This document shows, one piece after another, positions 56,900 to 64,000 of a stretch of DNA of 64,000 nt; the first letter of the stretch is position 1, and every line of letters starts with the position of its first letter. A model generated the notes under the pieces. The model was not told where the DNA came from. It searched no databases and worked only from the letters and a program-made list of their open reading frames with translations. Position numbers and translations under genes: made by a program. Source of the stretch: Candidatus Eiseniibacteriota bacterium (lineage in GTDB: Bacteria; Eisenbacteria; RBG-16-71-46; CAVPCR01); the NCBI GenBank assembly GCA_963702435.1, contig CAVPCR010000001.1, positions 64,001 through 128,000 of the forward strand. The letters are read 5' to 3'.

Positions 56900-58169
56900 C
56901 GACGACCCGCGTGCTCGGCGCGGCCCCGCCGGCGGCGTGGATCTGTGCGAGGTAGACACCGGCGGCAACCCGCGCCTCCCAGCGAGCAGTCCCGCCGGGG
57001 GCGATGGCGAGCACGGCGACCAGGCGCCCGGCCGGGTCGAAGATCGCAAGCGGCGCTCCGGCGAGATCGACGCCGGCGCCGAAGGTGATGGCCGTCCCGG
57101 CGGTCGCCGGATTGGGCCACGCGAGGAGCGCGCCGGGGTGGGCGGCGGCCGCGGGCGGCTCGGCGATCGCCGCGCCGCCGGCGAGGCGGCTCGCGAGAAA
57201 GGCGATCGCGGCATCGTCGGTCGCCGTGCCGAGCGAACCATGCCCGGCGCCGGCGACCACGCGGTAGTCGTGCGCGACTTGGACCGCGGTGAGCGCGGCG
57301 TCGAGGAGCCGGCTCGACCCGAGCGGCACCGAGGTGTCGTTCGTCCCGTGCCCGATGAAGCCCGGCGGATCGAGCGGATCCGCGTGCGTGATCGGATTCG
57401 CATCGCGGGTGCGCGCGACGAGCTCCGGATAAGGCGGGTTCGGATCGTGCTGGTGCGCGCGGATGTCGCCGATCCCCTGCCCGGGATCGTCCCAGCCGAT
57501 GAGGCGCGATTCCGGCGAGGTCGGGGCATCGTGATTGATGGTGCTGCCGGGCGGGATCGTGACGAGCAGGTTCATGTTGAGGATGTCGGTCGGCCCGAAG
57601 TAGTCGGCGAACACCTGGAGCGCGCTCGACTGGCCGAGGTTCCCGCCGACCACCCCCTCGAGGCGCGGGATGCCGGCCGCCGTGCCGGCGAGAGCGGCGA
57701 GATGCCCGCCGGCCGACGAGCCCCAGGCGCCGAAGCGATTTGCATCGAGGCCGTAGGTCGCCGCGTTGGCGCGGAGCCAGCGGATCGCGCCCTTCACGTC
57801 GTGGATCTGGGCGGGGAAGATCACCGGCTCGCTCCCGTACTGGCCGGCCTCGCTCGTCAGGCGGTAGTCGACGCTGGCGACGGCGATGCGCTCCTCGACG
57901 ACGAGGCGGAGGGCGAGCGCCGGCACCGGGAGCGAGGACCCGCCCGACCATCCGCCGCCGTGGATCCAGACAACGCACGGCACGGGATCGGCGGGGCTCG
58001 CCCCGAGCGGCACGCGGAGCGAGAGATGGAGCGGCCGGCCGCCGACCATCGCGTAGGTCAAGTTGTCGAAGGAGAGGTAGGGCTGGGCCTGGGCGGCGAC
58101 CGGCGCCAGCACAAGGAGCGCGAGAAGGAGGGCGGCGAACCGGATCGCGGGGGCAAGGCGCTGGTGCAT
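56889..58169 (-). CDS. secreted alpha/beta hydrolase (esterase) with a C-terminal T9SS/FlgD-like sorting domain
   Basis: Signal peptide, WIHGGGW, VDYRL, WGSSAGGHL, HGTNDTSVP, GAGHG. Tail AWPNP..IFDPAGRLV..AAGVYL..RVVVTR. Confidence 0.9.
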   Translation of the reverse strand: MHQRLAPAIRFAALLLALLVLAPVAAQAQPYLSFDNLTYAMVGGRPLHLSLRVPLGASPADPVPCVVWIHGGGWSGGSSLPVPALALRLVVEERIAVASVDYRLTSEAGQYGSEPVIFPAQIHDVKGAIRWLRANAATYGLDANRFGAWGSSAGGHLAALAGTAAGIPRLEGVVGGNLGQSSALQVFADYFGPTDILNMNLLVTIPPGSTINHDAPTSPESRLIGWDDPGQGIGDIRAHQHDPNPPYPELVARTRDANPITHADPLDPPGFIGHGTNDTSVPLGSSRLLDAALTAVQVAHDYRVVAGAGHGSLGTATDDAAIAFLASRLAGGAAIAEPPAAAAHPGALLAWPNPATAGTAITFGAGVDLAGAPLAIFDPAGRLVAVLAIAPGGTARWEARVAAGVYLAQIHAAGGAAPSTRVVVTR

Positions 58170-58230
58170 GGCGAGGATCCTCCGCGGCGCACGGGCCACG
58201 ACCATCATAGCATCCGGCACGGAGTCCGGG

Positions 58231-59562
58231 TCATTCCCGCGGCGCCCGGAGCGGGAGCGGGCTCTCGCCGGTGATGAGGCGCGCGCCGCGGTTCCACGTC
58301 GCATAGCTCCATGCCCACTGGATGAAGACGAGGAGGCGGTTCTCGAAGTCGACGAGCGCCATGAGATGCACGAAGAGCCAGACGAGCCAGGCCGGAGCGC
58401 CAGAGAGCGTGAGCCAGCCGAAGTCGGCGATCCCGGCGCCGCGCCCGATGACGGCCATGCTCCCCAGGTCGCGATAGCGGAACGGCGGCTCCGCCTCCGC
58501 ACCACCGCGGGCGCGCCGCGCGATGACGCGTGCCGCATACTTCCCCTGTTGCATCGCCGCCGGCGCCACACCCGGCAACGGCTTCCCGCCCTCGCCCGCC
58601 GCGCAGCTCGCGAGATCGCCGATCACGAAGATCTCGGGATGCGCGGGGAGCGTGAGATCCGGGCGGACGACGACGCGGCCGGCGCGATCGAGCTCGGCGC
58701 CGGCGCGCGCGGCGAGCACGCGGCCGAAGGGCGCGCCGGCGACCCCGGCCGCCCACACGACGGTGCGCGCGGAGATGCGCTCGCTCCGACCGTCGCGTTC
58801 GAGCTCGACTTGGCCGGCGGTGATCGCGGTCACCTGCGTGGACGTCCGCGTCTCGACGCCGAGCCGCGCGAGCGCGATCTCGGCGCGCGCCGAGAGCACG
58901 GGCACGTAGGGCGGGAGGATCCGCTCGGCGCCCTCGACGAGGAGAATGCGCGCCGCAGCGGGATCGATCCGCCGGAAATCGTGCTTGAGCGTGTGGCGCG
59001 CGATCTCGGCGAGGGCGCCGGCGAGCTCGACGCCGGTCGGTCCGCCGCCGACCACGACGAAGGTGAGCCACGCCGCCCGGAGTGCCGGATCGGGCTCCCG
59101 CTCGGCCGCCTCGAAGGCGACGAGGAGCTTCCGGCGGATCGCGGTCGCGTCCTCGATCGTCTTGAGCCCGGGCGCGAGCGGCTCCCACTCGGGATGGCCG
59201 AAGTAGTGGTGGCGCGCGCCGCAGGCGACGATGAGCGAGTCGTAGTCGAGCGCGCCGTCGGAGAAGATGACGCGGCGCGCCGCCGGATCGAGGTCGGTCG
59301 CCTCGGCGAGGAGGACGCGTGCGTTCCGCTGCCGGCGGAGGAGCGCGCGGAGCGGGGCGGCGATGTCCGCCGGCGAGAGACCGCCGGTCGCCACCTGGTA
59401 GAGGAGCGGCTGGAAGAGGTGGAAGTTCCGCCGGTCGACTATGGTCACCGCGACCGGGGCGCGGGCCAGGGCCTTCGCCGCGGCGAGACCGCCGAAGCCG
59501 CCGCCGAGGATCACGACGCGATGGGGAGCGCTCTCGCTCCCCGAGCTGCCGGTCCGCATCAT
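58231..59562 (-). CDS. ndh: type II NADH dehydrogenase-like FAD oxidoreductase
   Basis: VVILGGGFGGL, FQPLLYQVATG, LKTIEDA, VVGGGPTGVELAG, VWAAGV, FVIGD, YRDLGSMAVIGR. Confidence 0.93.
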   Translation of the reverse strand: MMRTGSSGSESAPHRVVILGGGFGGLAAAKALARAPVAVTIVDRRNFHLFQPLLYQVATGGLSPADIAAPLRALLRRQRNARVLLAEATDLDPAARRVIFSDGALDYDSLIVACGARHHYFGHPEWEPLAPGLKTIEDATAIRRKLLVAFEAAEREPDPALRAAWLTFVVVGGGPTGVELAGALAEIARHTLKHDFRRIDPAAARILLVEGAERILPPYVPVLSARAEIALARLGVETRTSTQVTAITAGQVELERDGRSERISARTVVWAAGVAGAPFGRVLAARAGAELDRAGRVVVRPDLTLPAHPEIFVIGDLASCAAGEGGKPLPGVAPAAMQQGKYAARVIARRARGGAEAEPPFRYRDLGSMAVIGRGAGIADFGWLTLSGAPAWLVWLFVHLMALVDFENRLLVFIQWAWSYATWNRGARLITGESPLPLRAPRE

Positions 59563-60692
59563 CGCCGGCCCTTGCTGCCGATCGCCCTGATCAGCTTCTG
59601 GCTCGCGGTGGTCAGGGGCCGCGCGACGGCGTCCTCCGGCGCGATCGCTGTCACCGAGTCGGCCGAGTCCCACGTGGCGCGCACGCGATACGCGGTGAGC
59701 CGCGCCGTACGGTGGAACATCCCGTGCTCGACGCGCTCGAGCGCGTCGCCGACGGCGACCCGGCGCGCGCCGAGCGCGCGGAGCGCCTCAGCGAGGAGAA
59801 CGCGCGGGTCCTCCCCCGCCGGCACGTCCACCGCCGGCAGCTCGTAGAAGCCGGCGAGAACGCCCCGGTCGGGCCGTCGCACGCAGGCGAGCCGCCCGGC
59901 GCGATCGGGCGCCCACGCCACCGCCACCTCGACCACCGGTGGCGGTTTCTTGCGCCTTGGCGCCGGAATCTGCGAGGCGCGCCCGGCGGCCCGCGCCGCG
60001 CAGAGCGACGCCACCGGACAGGACGGGCAGTCCGGGGAGCGCGGCAGGCAGACGAGGGCTCCGAACTCGATGAGCGTCTGCGTCCACGCCCCCGGGGCGC
60101 GCCGCGGCACGAGGGCCGCCGCCACCTGCCACAGGCGAGCCCGGACCGCCGCCGAGCCGAGCGGACGCTCCTCGCCGAGGAGGCGCACGAGGACGCGCGC
60201 CACGTTCGCATCCACCGCCGCGAGGGGGCGATCGTAGGCGATCGAGAGGACGGCGCCCGCCGTGTAGGGACCGACGCCGGGGAGAGCGCGCGCCGTGGCC
60301 TCGTCGTCGGGGAAGCGGCCGCCGTGCTCGGCGACGATGATCGCGGCCGCTTCCTTGAGCTTCCGGGCCCGCGCGTAGTAGCCGAGCCCCTGCCAGGCGG
60401 CAAGCACGTCATCCTCCGTGGCGGCGGCGAGTGCGGCGACGGTCGGGAAACGGGCAAGGAAGCGCTCGTAGTACGGCGCGGCGGCGGCGGCCTGCGTCTG
60501 CTGGAGCATGACCTCGGCGACCCACACGCGGTAGGGGGTTGCCGCGCGCCGCCACGGCAGGTCGCGTGCGGCGCGCGCATACCAGGCGCGGAGCGCGCGG
60601 CGGAGCCGGGCGCGCCAGGCGGGAGGCGGCAGCGCGACCGCTCGGCCGGACCTGGGCCGCCCGGGTCGAACTGCTTCCCGCCGCTCGGCCAC
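59559..60692 (-). CDS. mutY: A/G-specific adenine glycosylase
   Basis: RDLPWR, PYRVWVAEVMLQQTQ, WQGLGYYARAR, LPGVGPYTAGA, VDANVARV, C-x6-C-x2-C-x5-C. Confidence 0.95.
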   Translation of the reverse strand: MAERREAVRPGRPRSGRAVALPPPAWRARLRRALRAWYARAARDLPWRRAATPYRVWVAEVMLQQTQAAAAAPYYERFLARFPTVAALAAATEDDVLAAWQGLGYYARARKLKEAAAIIVAEHGGRFPDDEATARALPGVGPYTAGAVLSIAYDRPLAAVDANVARVLVRLLGEERPLGSAAVRARLWQVAAALVPRRAPGAWTQTLIEFGALVCLPRSPDCPSCPVASLCAARAAGRASQIPAPRRKKPPPVVEVAVAWAPDRAGRLACVRRPDRGVLAGFYELPAVDVPAGEDPRVLLAEALRALGARRVAVGDALERVEHGMFHRTARLTAYRVRATWDSADSVTAIAPEDAVARPLTTASQKLIRAIGSKGRR

Positions 60693-60697
60693 CGCTC

Positions 60698-60766
60698 CTA
60701 GAACACCCCGGCCTTGCCGGCCGCGACCGCCGCCGCGCGCGGCGAAGTCGGACTGAACCGTGCCAT
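60698..60766 (-). CDS. putative 22-aa upstream peptide (MARFSPTSPRAAAVAAGKAGVF)
   Basis: GAAGGAG SD 8 nt before the ATG. The TAG stop overlaps the AGGAG SD of mutY. Confidence 0.35.
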   Translation of the reverse strand: MARFSPTSPRAAAVAAGKAGVF

Positions 60767-60858
60767 GAACGAGACTCCTTCGATTCGAACCAGACTGGAC
60801 GATCGTTCGAGGAGATGGCGCCGGCCGGCAGGGCGGCCCGCGGCGGCGACGGCGGATT

Positions 60859-61605
60859 CTACCGGAAGTACGAGGCCCCGTTCACGTCGATCGTGATCCC
60901 GGTCAGGTAGTCGGCCTCGGACCGGGCGAGGAAGGAGACGGCGGCCGCCACCTCCTCCGGGGTGGCCATCCGCCCGAACGGGATCTGGCCCAAGACCGCC
61001 GCCTCGTCGGTCATCGCGCCCCGCGCCATGTCGGTGGCGGTCCAGCCGGGCGCCACCGTGTAGGCGTAGATCCGCTCGGCGGCGAGCGCCCGGGCGAGGC
61101 AGACGGTCAGGTTCACCATGCCTGCCTTGGACACGCCGTAGGCGGGGAACTCGGTCTCGCCGCGGAAAGCGGCGCGCGAGGCGATCTGGATGATCTTGCC
61201 GCCCCGACCGCGCACGTGCTGCACCATGAGGTAGGCGAGATCGGCGGCCGCATCCAGGTTGACCTGGAGCGTGCGCCGCCAGGCTCCCCGCCAGGCCGCG
61301 AGGCTTGGCGCAGAAAACGGCGCTTCCTCGTAGATACCCGCGTTGTTGACGAGGAGATCGAGCCGCCCGGCGGCGGCGACCGCCGCGGCGAAGAGCCGCT
61401 CGGGCGCGTCGGGTGCGGCGAGGTCGGCGGCGACGAAGGCGTGCCCGACGCCGGCGAGGGCGCCGAGCGCCGCCGCGGCTGCCGGTCCGTCCGCCCGCCC
61501 GTGCACGACCACGCGATAGCCGTCGGCCGCGAGGCGGACGGCCACCGCCCGCCCGATGCCGCGGGTCGAGCCGGTGACGAGGGCGACCGGGGCCCCGGCG
61601 CTCAT
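60859..61605 (-). CDS. SDR family NAD(P)-dependent oxidoreductase
   Basis: ALVTGSTRGIG, LVNNAG, YGVSK, VAPGW..TDM, YLTGITIDVNG. Confidence 0.95.
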   Translation of the reverse strand: MSAGAPVALVTGSTRGIGRAVAVRLAADGYRVVVHGRADGPAAAAALGALAGVGHAFVAADLAAPDAPERLFAAAVAAAGRLDLLVNNAGIYEEAPFSAPSLAAWRGAWRRTLQVNLDAAADLAYLMVQHVRGRGGKIIQIASRAAFRGETEFPAYGVSKAGMVNLTVCLARALAAERIYAYTVAPGWTATDMARGAMTDEAAVLGQIPFGRMATPEEVAAAVSFLARSEADYLTGITIDVNGASYFR

Positions 61606-63626
61606 CGCGCGCCGTCGTTCACCGGGGCCGGGGTCCGCACCGGGGCCGGGGTCGGCTCCGGCGGCAGACCGAGGTGGGTGGCGAGGAAGCGGGCCACCGC
61701 GCCGTACACCTCGCGCCGGTTCTCCTGCTGCGCGACCCCATGTCCCTCGTCGTCGAGGCGCAGGAACTCGACCGGCTGCCCGCGCGCCTGGAGGGCGGCC
61801 ACGATCTGCTCCGCCTCCGCCACCGGCACGCGCGGATCGTTGGCGCCGTGGAGGACGAGGAGCGGGGCGCGGATCCTCTCCACGCGATGGATGGGCGAGA
61901 GCCGCGCGAGGAGCTCGCGATCCGCGACCAGCGAGCCGTACTCGGCCTCGCGATTCTCCCGGCGGTAGGGCGCCGTCTGCTCGAGGAAGGTCACGAAGTT
62001 CGCGATCCCCACCTGGTCGACGCCGGCGGCGAAGCGCTCCGGGTAGAGCGTGAGCGCCGCGAGCACCATGTATCCGCCATAGCTCGAGCCATAGATCGCG
62101 ACCCGCGTCGAATCGATCTCGCCGCGCCCGGCGAGCCACGCGACGCCGCGCTCGAGATCGGTCACCGAGTCCTCGCGCCGCTCGCGATCGTCGAGCCGGC
62201 GGAACTCGCGCCCGAACCCGCTCGATCCGCGCACGTTCGGCAGGAACACGGCACAGCCGCGCGTGACGAAGAGCTGCGAGAGGAGGCTGAATCCCGGGCG
62301 CGACTGCCCGGTCGGCCCGCCGTGGGCGATGACGAGGCACGGCGGCGGCGGCGCGCCGGCCGCGCGCGGCGGCTGGTAGAGGAGGCCCGAGATCGTGCGG
62401 CCATCGAACGACGGATAGCGGACGACGGTCGGATCGACGAAGACCTCGGGCTTGACGTCGCCGAGGAAGGGTGTGGTGACCTGGATGAGCTCGCGCCGCA
62501 CGCGATCCCAGACGTAGACCGTGCCTGGGCTCCGGCTCGAGGACAGGGTCACCGCGAGCCGCTCGCCGCCCGGAGTCCAGTCGAGTCCGAGGATGACGCC
62601 GACCGGGAGCGGCGGCGCCGGCTCGAGCTCCGGCGCCTCGCCGGCGAGAAGGTCGAGAAGCACGAGCTCGGAGAGACCATCCACGTTCAGGACGAGGGCG
62701 AGGTGGCGGCCGTCCCGCGAGACCGTGAGCGCCTCCGCATCCATGCGGTCCTGGCGCACGAAGCGGAGCTCGCGCGCCACGAGGTCGAGCCGCGCGAGCG
62801 TCATCACGTCGCGCCCGCGGTCGGTGAGGAGATAGATCGACTTCCCGTCGGCCGACCAGTGGGCCGCGGCCTGGCGGGCGGGCGGCGACGCGGCGGTGAG
62901 CGCCGACGCCTCCCCCGTCGCCACCTCGACGACGAAGAGCTGGTTGTGATCGGGCCCGAAGGTGCGCGTCACGAGGAGCTTCGTCCCGTCGGGCGAGAAG
63001 CGGCCCGCCGCATTGGTGCCGTTCTGCTCGAGGAGAAGGCGCGATTCGCCGGTCGTCAGATCGAGCAGGTAGATGTCGAAGAAGGCGGCATCCCGCCGGT
63101 TCGAGCGGTAGGCGATCGTCTTTCCGTCCGGGGAGAAGCTCCCGAACCCGTTGACGACCTGGTCGTCCGCGGTGAGACGCACGGGCGCGCCGCCCGCCGG
63201 ATCGAGGAGGAAGAGCTGGGTCCGCTCGGTGCCGAGGAGGTCCCGCTCGATGATCATGTGCTCGGCGCGGTGCGGCGACCAGGAGATCCCCTCGACCCGC
63301 TCGCCGAAGGAGGTGAGCTGCGCGGGCGCGCCGCCGGCGGCGGGCGCGACCCAGACCTCCGCCACCCCGGTCGTGCGGTCGAGGAAGGCGACCCGGCTCC
63401 CGTCGGGCGCGATCGAGGCGCCGTACTGCCCGCGGATCTCGAGGAACTGCTCGATCGTGGGCGGGGCCGCGGGCGTCGCGGCCGCGGGTACAGCGGCCAG
63501 CCCGGGGGCCGCGGGCGTCGCGGCCGCGGGTACAGCGGCCGGCCCGGGGGCCGCCCCCACCGCCGCCGCCAGGTGGACGGCGAGAACGAAGGCCCCCGCG
63601 GCCGCGGGCCCGCGCCGCCGTCTCAT
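61602..63626 (-). CDS. secreted S9 family peptidase (beta-propeller plus prolyl oligopeptidase domain)
   Basis: PD40-like repeats (SPDGK), HGGP, PNVRGSSGFG, YGSSYGG, HGANDPRV, DEGHG. Confidence 0.95.
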   Translation of the reverse strand: MRRRRGPAAAGAFVLAVHLAAAVGAAPGPAAVPAAATPAAPGLAAVPAAATPAAPPTIEQFLEIRGQYGASIAPDGSRVAFLDRTTGVAEVWVAPAAGGAPAQLTSFGERVEGISWSPHRAEHMIIERDLLGTERTQLFLLDPAGGAPVRLTADDQVVNGFGSFSPDGKTIAYRSNRRDAAFFDIYLLDLTTGESRLLLEQNGTNAAGRFSPDGTKLLVTRTFGPDHNQLFVVEVATGEASALTAASPPARQAAAHWSADGKSIYLLTDRGRDVMTLARLDLVARELRFVRQDRMDAEALTVSRDGRHLALVLNVDGLSELVLLDLLAGEAPELEPAPPLPVGVILGLDWTPGGERLAVTLSSSRSPGTVYVWDRVRRELIQVTTPFLGDVKPEVFVDPTVVRYPSFDGRTISGLLYQPPRAAGAPPPPCLVIAHGGPTGQSRPGFSLLSQLFVTRGCAVFLPNVRGSSGFGREFRRLDDRERREDSVTDLERGVAWLAGRGEIDSTRVAIYGSSYGGYMVLAALTLYPERFAAGVDQVGIANFVTFLEQTAPYRRENREAEYGSLVADRELLARLSPIHRVERIRAPLLVLHGANDPRVPVAEAEQIVAALQARGQPVEFLRLDDEGHGVAQQENRREVYGAVARFLATHLGLPPEPTPAPVRTPAPVNDGAR
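63464..63552. repeat. 42-bp coding duplication (AAPGxAAVPAAATP twice) after the S9 signal peptide
   Basis: GGCCGCGGGCGTCGCGGCCGCGGGTACAGCGGCC occurs twice in tandem. Confidence 0.85.
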
Positions 63627-64000
63627 GCGCGCTCCTCCCGCTCCTCGATCGCGAGCCCCCGCGCCCTGAGCGCGGCCAGGAAAGGTTCGCCCGGCACCGC
63701 AAGTTCCTGCGGCACGGCCCCGCGCCCGGCGATCTCGCCGCGTCCGAGCATCTCGGCGATGATCGCCGCCGGGTAGCCCGTGGTTCGCATCATGGCGGTG
63801 TGCCCCGTCTCCTTGTGCGCGTGGTCGATGAGCTCGAAAACGTGCTTGAGCATGCGGCCGCCGTCCGGACCGCCGGCCTCGATGCGCACGAGGACGACGT
63901 CCTCGTCGGGATCGACGAGGCGCTCGGCGAGAAGCGCCTCGAGCACCTCGCGCGGCGCCACGGCGAGCTTCCGCTCCCAGGGATGGATCGGACGCGAATC
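63623..64000 (-). CDS. saccharopine dehydrogenase-family protein, C-terminal part (5' end outside window)
   Basis: Open to the window edge. PREVL..DVVLVRI..TGHTAMMRTTGYPAAI..GAVPQE..FLAAL..RGL. Confidence 0.85.
   Translation of the reverse strand, partial: DSRPIHPWERKLAVAPREVLEALLAERLVDPDEDVVLVRIEAGGPDGGRMLKHVFELIDHAHKETGHTAMMRTTGYPAAIIAEMLGRGEIAGRGAVPQELAVPGEPFLAALRARGLAIEEREERA

Noticed and set aside
60770..60800. tRNA suggested by GGTTCGAATC on the minus strand
   Set aside because: No pairing T-stem, anticodon arm or acceptor stem around it.

Overview
A 64 kb window of very GC-rich bacterial chromosome, mostly core genes. The gene mix (GWxTD lipoprotein, T9SS/FlgD-like C-terminal domains, DUF4321- and LytR_C-like proteins, truncated GlmU) suggests an FCB-related lineage such as Ca. 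Eisenbacteria; this is inference. In order it holds: a degenerate DnaE-type PHP protein running off the left edge (missed by the ORF track), an M16 peptidase pair, rarA, a candidate 6S-like small RNA, a lipoprotein and beta-barrel pair, a PAS kinase/NtrC/sigma54 module next to a receiver protein and a histone H1-like protein, two CNNM/CBS genes, ppiD, tatA, a dapL-folB-folK-dNK-panB-panC-glmU(N)-HIT run, a small accessory islet with a MOSC gene inside a 52-bp repeat array, mreBCD-mrdA-rodA-lgt-aroE-comF (mreB frameshifted), GWxTD-NlpC/P60-rhomboid, an EF-G paralog with an in-frame amber codon followed by yebC-ruvC-ruvA, a stand-alone PPDK_N domain, macro-moaD-moaE-suhB, uvrC, an ECF sigma/anti-sigma pair, a LytS/LytTR pair, a YchF-like gene, an esterase, ndh, mutY, an SDR, an S9 peptidase and a partial saccharopine dehydrogenase. 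The best leads are the sigma54-driven histone-like protein (with a matching sigma54 box upstream of mreB), the rod-shaped ncRNA, the repeat-embedded gene cassette, the amber codon in the EF-G paralog, and a nested start in the anti-sigma gene. No tRNA, rRNA, CRISPR array, integrase or transposase was seen. All calls come from reading the sequence by eye; no database searches were run.
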